Of a DNA stretch of 64,000 nucleotides, positions 59,732-64,000 are shown piece after piece. The stretch lies in contig OZ024740.1 of NCBI GenBank assembly GCA_964016885.1, forward strand, positions 390,600,001 to 390,664,000, read 5' to 3'. The notes under the pieces are model-generated. The model saw nothing but the letters and a program-made list of their open reading frames with translations. It ran no database searches and was not told the DNA's origin. Source of the DNA: Eledone cirrhosa. Its lineage: Eukaryota. The translations under genes were made by a program, and so were the position numbers. How positions within the stretch are numbered: the first letter of the stretch is position 1; the number at the start of each line of letters is the position of its first letter.

Positions 59732-61078
59732 TTAGCTGTATACTTTGTGGAATGTTTTATGGAATTTATGCAAGCAGATAGAAAACAAGTCAGTGCGTCT
59801 ATTTATTATAGAATCTAAATTAGATATAATGGTAAATTTTTCATTTAGGCAGAGATTGCAAATTTTGGATAGAGAACTGTTCAAGTATGGAGAAGCAGAA
59901 GAAACCTTCTTCCAAAAGATGCTATATTTAATATTTTTGTCTTTCAAGGACCATATGAGTTCTGAGAGAGCCGTGTTGGTTCTTTTAAGTTTGTATTTAA
60001 AAGACGCATGATGGTTATAAAGACGAGCTTTAAAAGAGGTGGAAGTGGAGCCAAAATAGGTGAAGGAATTGGTGTCAGTTATAACTTTACATTCGTAAAT
60101 TAAGTTTTTATCAAGACAATGGTTGTTGAGAGGACATTTATTTTTAATAGGGCAATTGCAATTGCGATTAGAGAGATTATTAACGAGTGACCTAGTGTTA
60201 TCTATAGAAGGAATTGGATTGGAGAAGTTATTTGCGATAGGAATAATAGTTTCTTGATTTAGAATGGGATTAAGAACATTTAGCGAAGTTGTGTTTGACG
60301 TTGTATTTGGGTTTGCAGAAATTAGCCTAGGGTTTATAATGACGTCGGGAGTACTATTACTATTATTATGAAATTCAGTGTTGGAAGGAAGAGATTTAGT
60401 ATTTAGTATTTTATTGTTGTGTTTAGAGATAATGTTGGAAATATTGGAGGATGTAGAATAAGAAAATTGTATGGTGTGTTTGTTAAATATTTTACTATAG
60501 ATATGTGAGGGAGGGAAGCATTTATTTAAGGCACTAAAGAATAATTTAGGAATATTGTTATTAATAGAGATGGAGAAAGGAGCATTATACCAGATTATGT
60601 TTTTGTATCTAGGTCTTTTATTAAAGTTATTGGAATGATCATGATTAATTATTCTACTGTAAGTTCTTCTAGAATTTGTTTCTTTACTATATTTGATTTT
60701 ATCAGGATAGCCGGCTTTAGAAAGTGCGTTATTATAGTAATTAGAAGATAGGTTAGATATTCTTTTTCCAATATTACTAACTATAGCATTTTTGATATTA
60801 GTAGGATGGTTAGATTTAAAGTTAACATAATTTAGGTTCTCATTGTTTTTATGGTAAGGGTAATATAGGCCAGTGTCAAGATTAAGAGATACATCCAAGA
60901 AATTAGCTAGTTTGATGCTGTTATCAAATTCAATTTTTAGGTTATGTTGGTTAAAGAGATTACGTATATTGTTCTTAATAATATTAAGGTTAACTATGTT
61001 GCAATTTAAGATAGTAAAGAGTCCATCGTCACGATAAATTCCACCGCGAAGTTGAGGAATTTTCCGACTCAAAGAGTT

Positions 61079-61081
<3 letters not shown>
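59732..61081 (-). mobile_element. 5'-truncated Penelope-like (Neptune-type) element; open frame covering RT C-terminal half and GIY-YIG
   Basis: GGIYRDDG, NFLDVSL, YVNFKSNHP, CNCPIKNKCPLNNHCL, LIYEC..YFGST, FKARLYNH, CNLCLNEK; upstream part of the ORF call is (TA)n. Confidence 0.92.
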
Positions 61082-61116
<35 letters not shown>

Positions 61117-61152
61117 ATACGGACGCTTTAAGCATCCAACATCAATTATATG

Positions 61153-61188
<36 letters not shown>

Positions 61189-61200
61189 TGTGTATATATA

Positions 61201-61733
61201 TGTGTAGCGACGTGGTTAGTCGGTCTGGTCGCTACTTCTGATCGGATCCGAGAACAGCCCTTAAAAGGACTGTTATCGCATACGGTCTGAGAATAGCCCT
61301 TAAAAGGACTGTTGTCACATACGGTAAGAATGAACAGAGGAAAGCACAAGTTGAAAGGACGAGCAAGGCGAGAGATATAGTTTCGGTCAGCTATTTATTT
61401 TCATGCATGAAGCGACGATACAGCGGTACAAAGCGTGTGTGAGTGACAAGTGTGGCAGAGGAGAGGAAACAACGATACGTGAGCTGACACTGCCAAAGTC
61501 GACTAGCGAAAGTGTTTGGAATCACTCTATTTATACAAAAATAATCGTTTGATGTTTAGCCGCTGCGTAGGCGTTTTATTTTGGTGGCTTCAGATTTGTT
61601 TGTTTCACGGTGAGGTAGCTAGCTAAGCAGATAGATAGAGTTGTTTATTTCACAGATCTTATTTCCATATATATATGGAAATACACTTTCGCATCGACCC
61701 TCCCCTCTCTCTTCCTTCTCCTCACTCTCGTTT

Positions 61734-61793
<60 letters not shown>

Positions 61794-62426
61794 CGTTCGG
61801 TTTTGATTGTTGACTTGTTTACACGTGTCGTGGTGGCCTCTCTATCCGCAATCTTTACGGCACGTTTTTACCACCGTAAAAAAATCCTTTTGGATTATCT
61901 CGCTATCTCTTCTCCTCCCTTTTTGTTGCCCGTGTCTCTCTCTCACTTTCTCCTGTCTATGTGAGAGGCAGCATAGTTATACCAGCTCTGAGTCGTAGCT
62001 GACCACCAGGCGAAAGTCTCCCAGGTTGGCCACAACTTACTTTCCCTATTTTTCCACAGTTACTTTTTTGCATGTTTCTTTCACTTGTGTCTTCCCACGA
62101 TGGGATCTGTACACTTTTTTTCTTCTATTCCTTTCCTATTTTTCCCCCTCTCCCGCTCTCCTCATCTTTTCCCCCCTGTTTTTCCTCCTTTCCCTCTTTT
62201 TCCTTTTCTCTCTTCTTTTGTTCTCTCTTTTTCTCTCTCCTTTTCCACCTGGCCTTTTGATTAATAAAAGGCCCGGGCGCACCCGAAATACACCGATGTC
62301 CTGTAATTCAGCGCCGAAACATCGGTTCGGGATAAATTTACAGCTGACGATGGACACTCCTTTCTTCCTCTCTCCTCCTGTTCCGTCCTAACCACCATCC
62401 TAAACCTTGTTTTTAGTAACCACACA
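61201..62426 (-). mobile_element. Possible solo LTR
   Basis: TG..CA termini; on the minus strand a TATAAATA (~61530) precedes AATAAA (~61396); 39-bp internal duplication 61250-61326; no TSD seen. Confidence 0.4.
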
Positions 62427-62591
62427 GCTCTCCTTTCGTTTTTTGTATATATATATGTGTGTGTGTGTGTGTGTATGTGTGTGTGTGTGTCTGTGTGTGT
62501 GTGTAGTAATAATAAAGGATTATATATATGTATTTCAGAAGATCCCGTTAAGGGTGAAAGCAGCGATTCTTTGCTTAAACTTATATATGAA

Positions 62592-62679
<88 letters not shown>

Positions 62680-62690
<11 letters not shown>

Positions 62691-63143
62691 GAGAATATCT
62701 GTCTGTCTGCCTGTCTGTCCGATCACAAAATCTCGAGAAACACCCAACCAATTGTTTTCAATCTTTACACATGTAATACTTATGGTCCTGTGAGTCTTTT
62801 GAACAAAGAATATTTCAAATTTTCAATGCCCTAGGGACCGCATTAGGCGATTTAGCGATCTCTCTCTCTCTCTCTTAGTATTTCTCTTTTTATATAGATA
62901 CATAGATATAATGTTGCGTCCTTATAATATCTGTATGTATGCCTGACTGTCTGATTACGACATTATGACGTAGTTCTGTGTGTGTGTATACATATTTATG
63001 TATATAGTGTGTGTGTATATATATAGTGTGTAACGTTTTTCGAAATATTTACTTCTGCGTTCACAGATTAATTTTTTTACTTTAGTTTCAGAAGATCCCG
63101 TTAAGGGTGAAAGCAGCGTCTTTGGTTAAACTTAAATCTGTTA

Positions 63144-63238
<95 letters not shown>

Positions 63239-63343
63239 TCGTGTACAGATATAAACAAACGCATTTATTTTACGAGGCCTGATAAGGATAAATATATAAG
63301 AACCCTAGAGCAAATCCCGAGCAACGCCGGGCCATTCTGCTAG
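62680..63343 (+). mobile_element. Non-autonomous Helitron followed by a partial tandem copy (63344-63530)
   Basis: TAAAACAGAGAAT+(GTCT)n start; CCCGAGCAACGCCGGG hairpin 63316-63331; CTAG|T end; the same start repeats at 63344. Confidence 0.75.
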
Positions 63344-63663
63344 TATATATCTAAAACAGAGAATGTCTGTCTGTCTGTCTGTCTGTCAGATCATTAAAAC
63401 CACCGAACCGATTGTTTTTCGAAATATTTACTTCTGCGTTCACAGATTGATTTTTTTAGTTTCAGAAGATCCCGTTAAGGGTGAAAGCAGCGATTCTTTG
63501 CTTAAACTTTAATTTGTTATTTTAATATATATTTAGTATATATTTCGCGATAAAGTATTGATTTTATTCGCACGGGAAAAAAACCCTGGTAATCTACGAC
63601 GAATTTTTTTATAAGCACAAAATGTAGACACCATCCCGAGGCCGAGGTATTCCGTACTTCTCT

Positions 63664-63705
<42 letters not shown>

Positions 63706-64000
63706 AAAGAATAGAGGTGTAACACACAAGTTATTATATATTGGTAAACGGAATAGAAAATGCCGACAAATTGTTCACAGTTGAAAAATGGTTTAATCAG
63801 GAATAACAGAGTATTAGTGATTGTATGGGTTAGTATTCAGTTGTGGTTTTAAGTTTTTAAGTTTTTACCGGTTGCGCATTTCTAAATGCTTTTCAAAAAT
63901 AATTTTGAGATAGAGTGTCCGTGCTGTTTGCTCTGATCTGATTAGTTTTGGGAATTCTACCTGTTTTTATGTTAAAAAAGTGGCTCCAGCGTTATTTTTG

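Overview
Eukaryotic, repeat-rich animal DNA, most likely a cephalopod (octopus-like), inferred from the tRNA-derived SINE family and the dense (TA)n/(CA)n/(TCTA)n microsatellites. Bases 67-18097 hold three head-to-tail Tx1-type (L1-group, APE-RT) non-LTR retrotransposons, each bounded only by (ATT)9-12. Copies 2 and 3 are intact (ORF1 698 aa, ORF2 1139 aa). Copy 1 is disabled and has a different 5'UTR/ORF1 on a near-identical ORF2. The abundant tRNA-SINE shares the LINE's terminal motif (CCTTGTG-N8-AGAAA-NN-ATTATT), and its target-site duplications start with ATTATT, which suggests an (ATT)-targeting Tx1/SINE partnership. A related Tx1 lineage sits in (TCTA/TCTG)n instead. The ORF1-ORF2 spacer looks like a 52-53 nt GT-AG intron whose removal would fuse ORF1 to ORF2 in frame. 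Host genes are three + strand exons of a 5'-nucleotidase/metallophosphoesterase (third exon cut by a 200-N gap) and a - strand single-coding-exon type II membrane glycosyltransferase-like ORF. The rest is Penelope-like remnants with type I hammerhead motifs (one split exactly by a Helitron), Helitrons, an RTE with a 5' inversion, CRE and R4/Dong fragments, a 38-bp minisatellite and several palindromes. Everything was read by eye; no searches were run.
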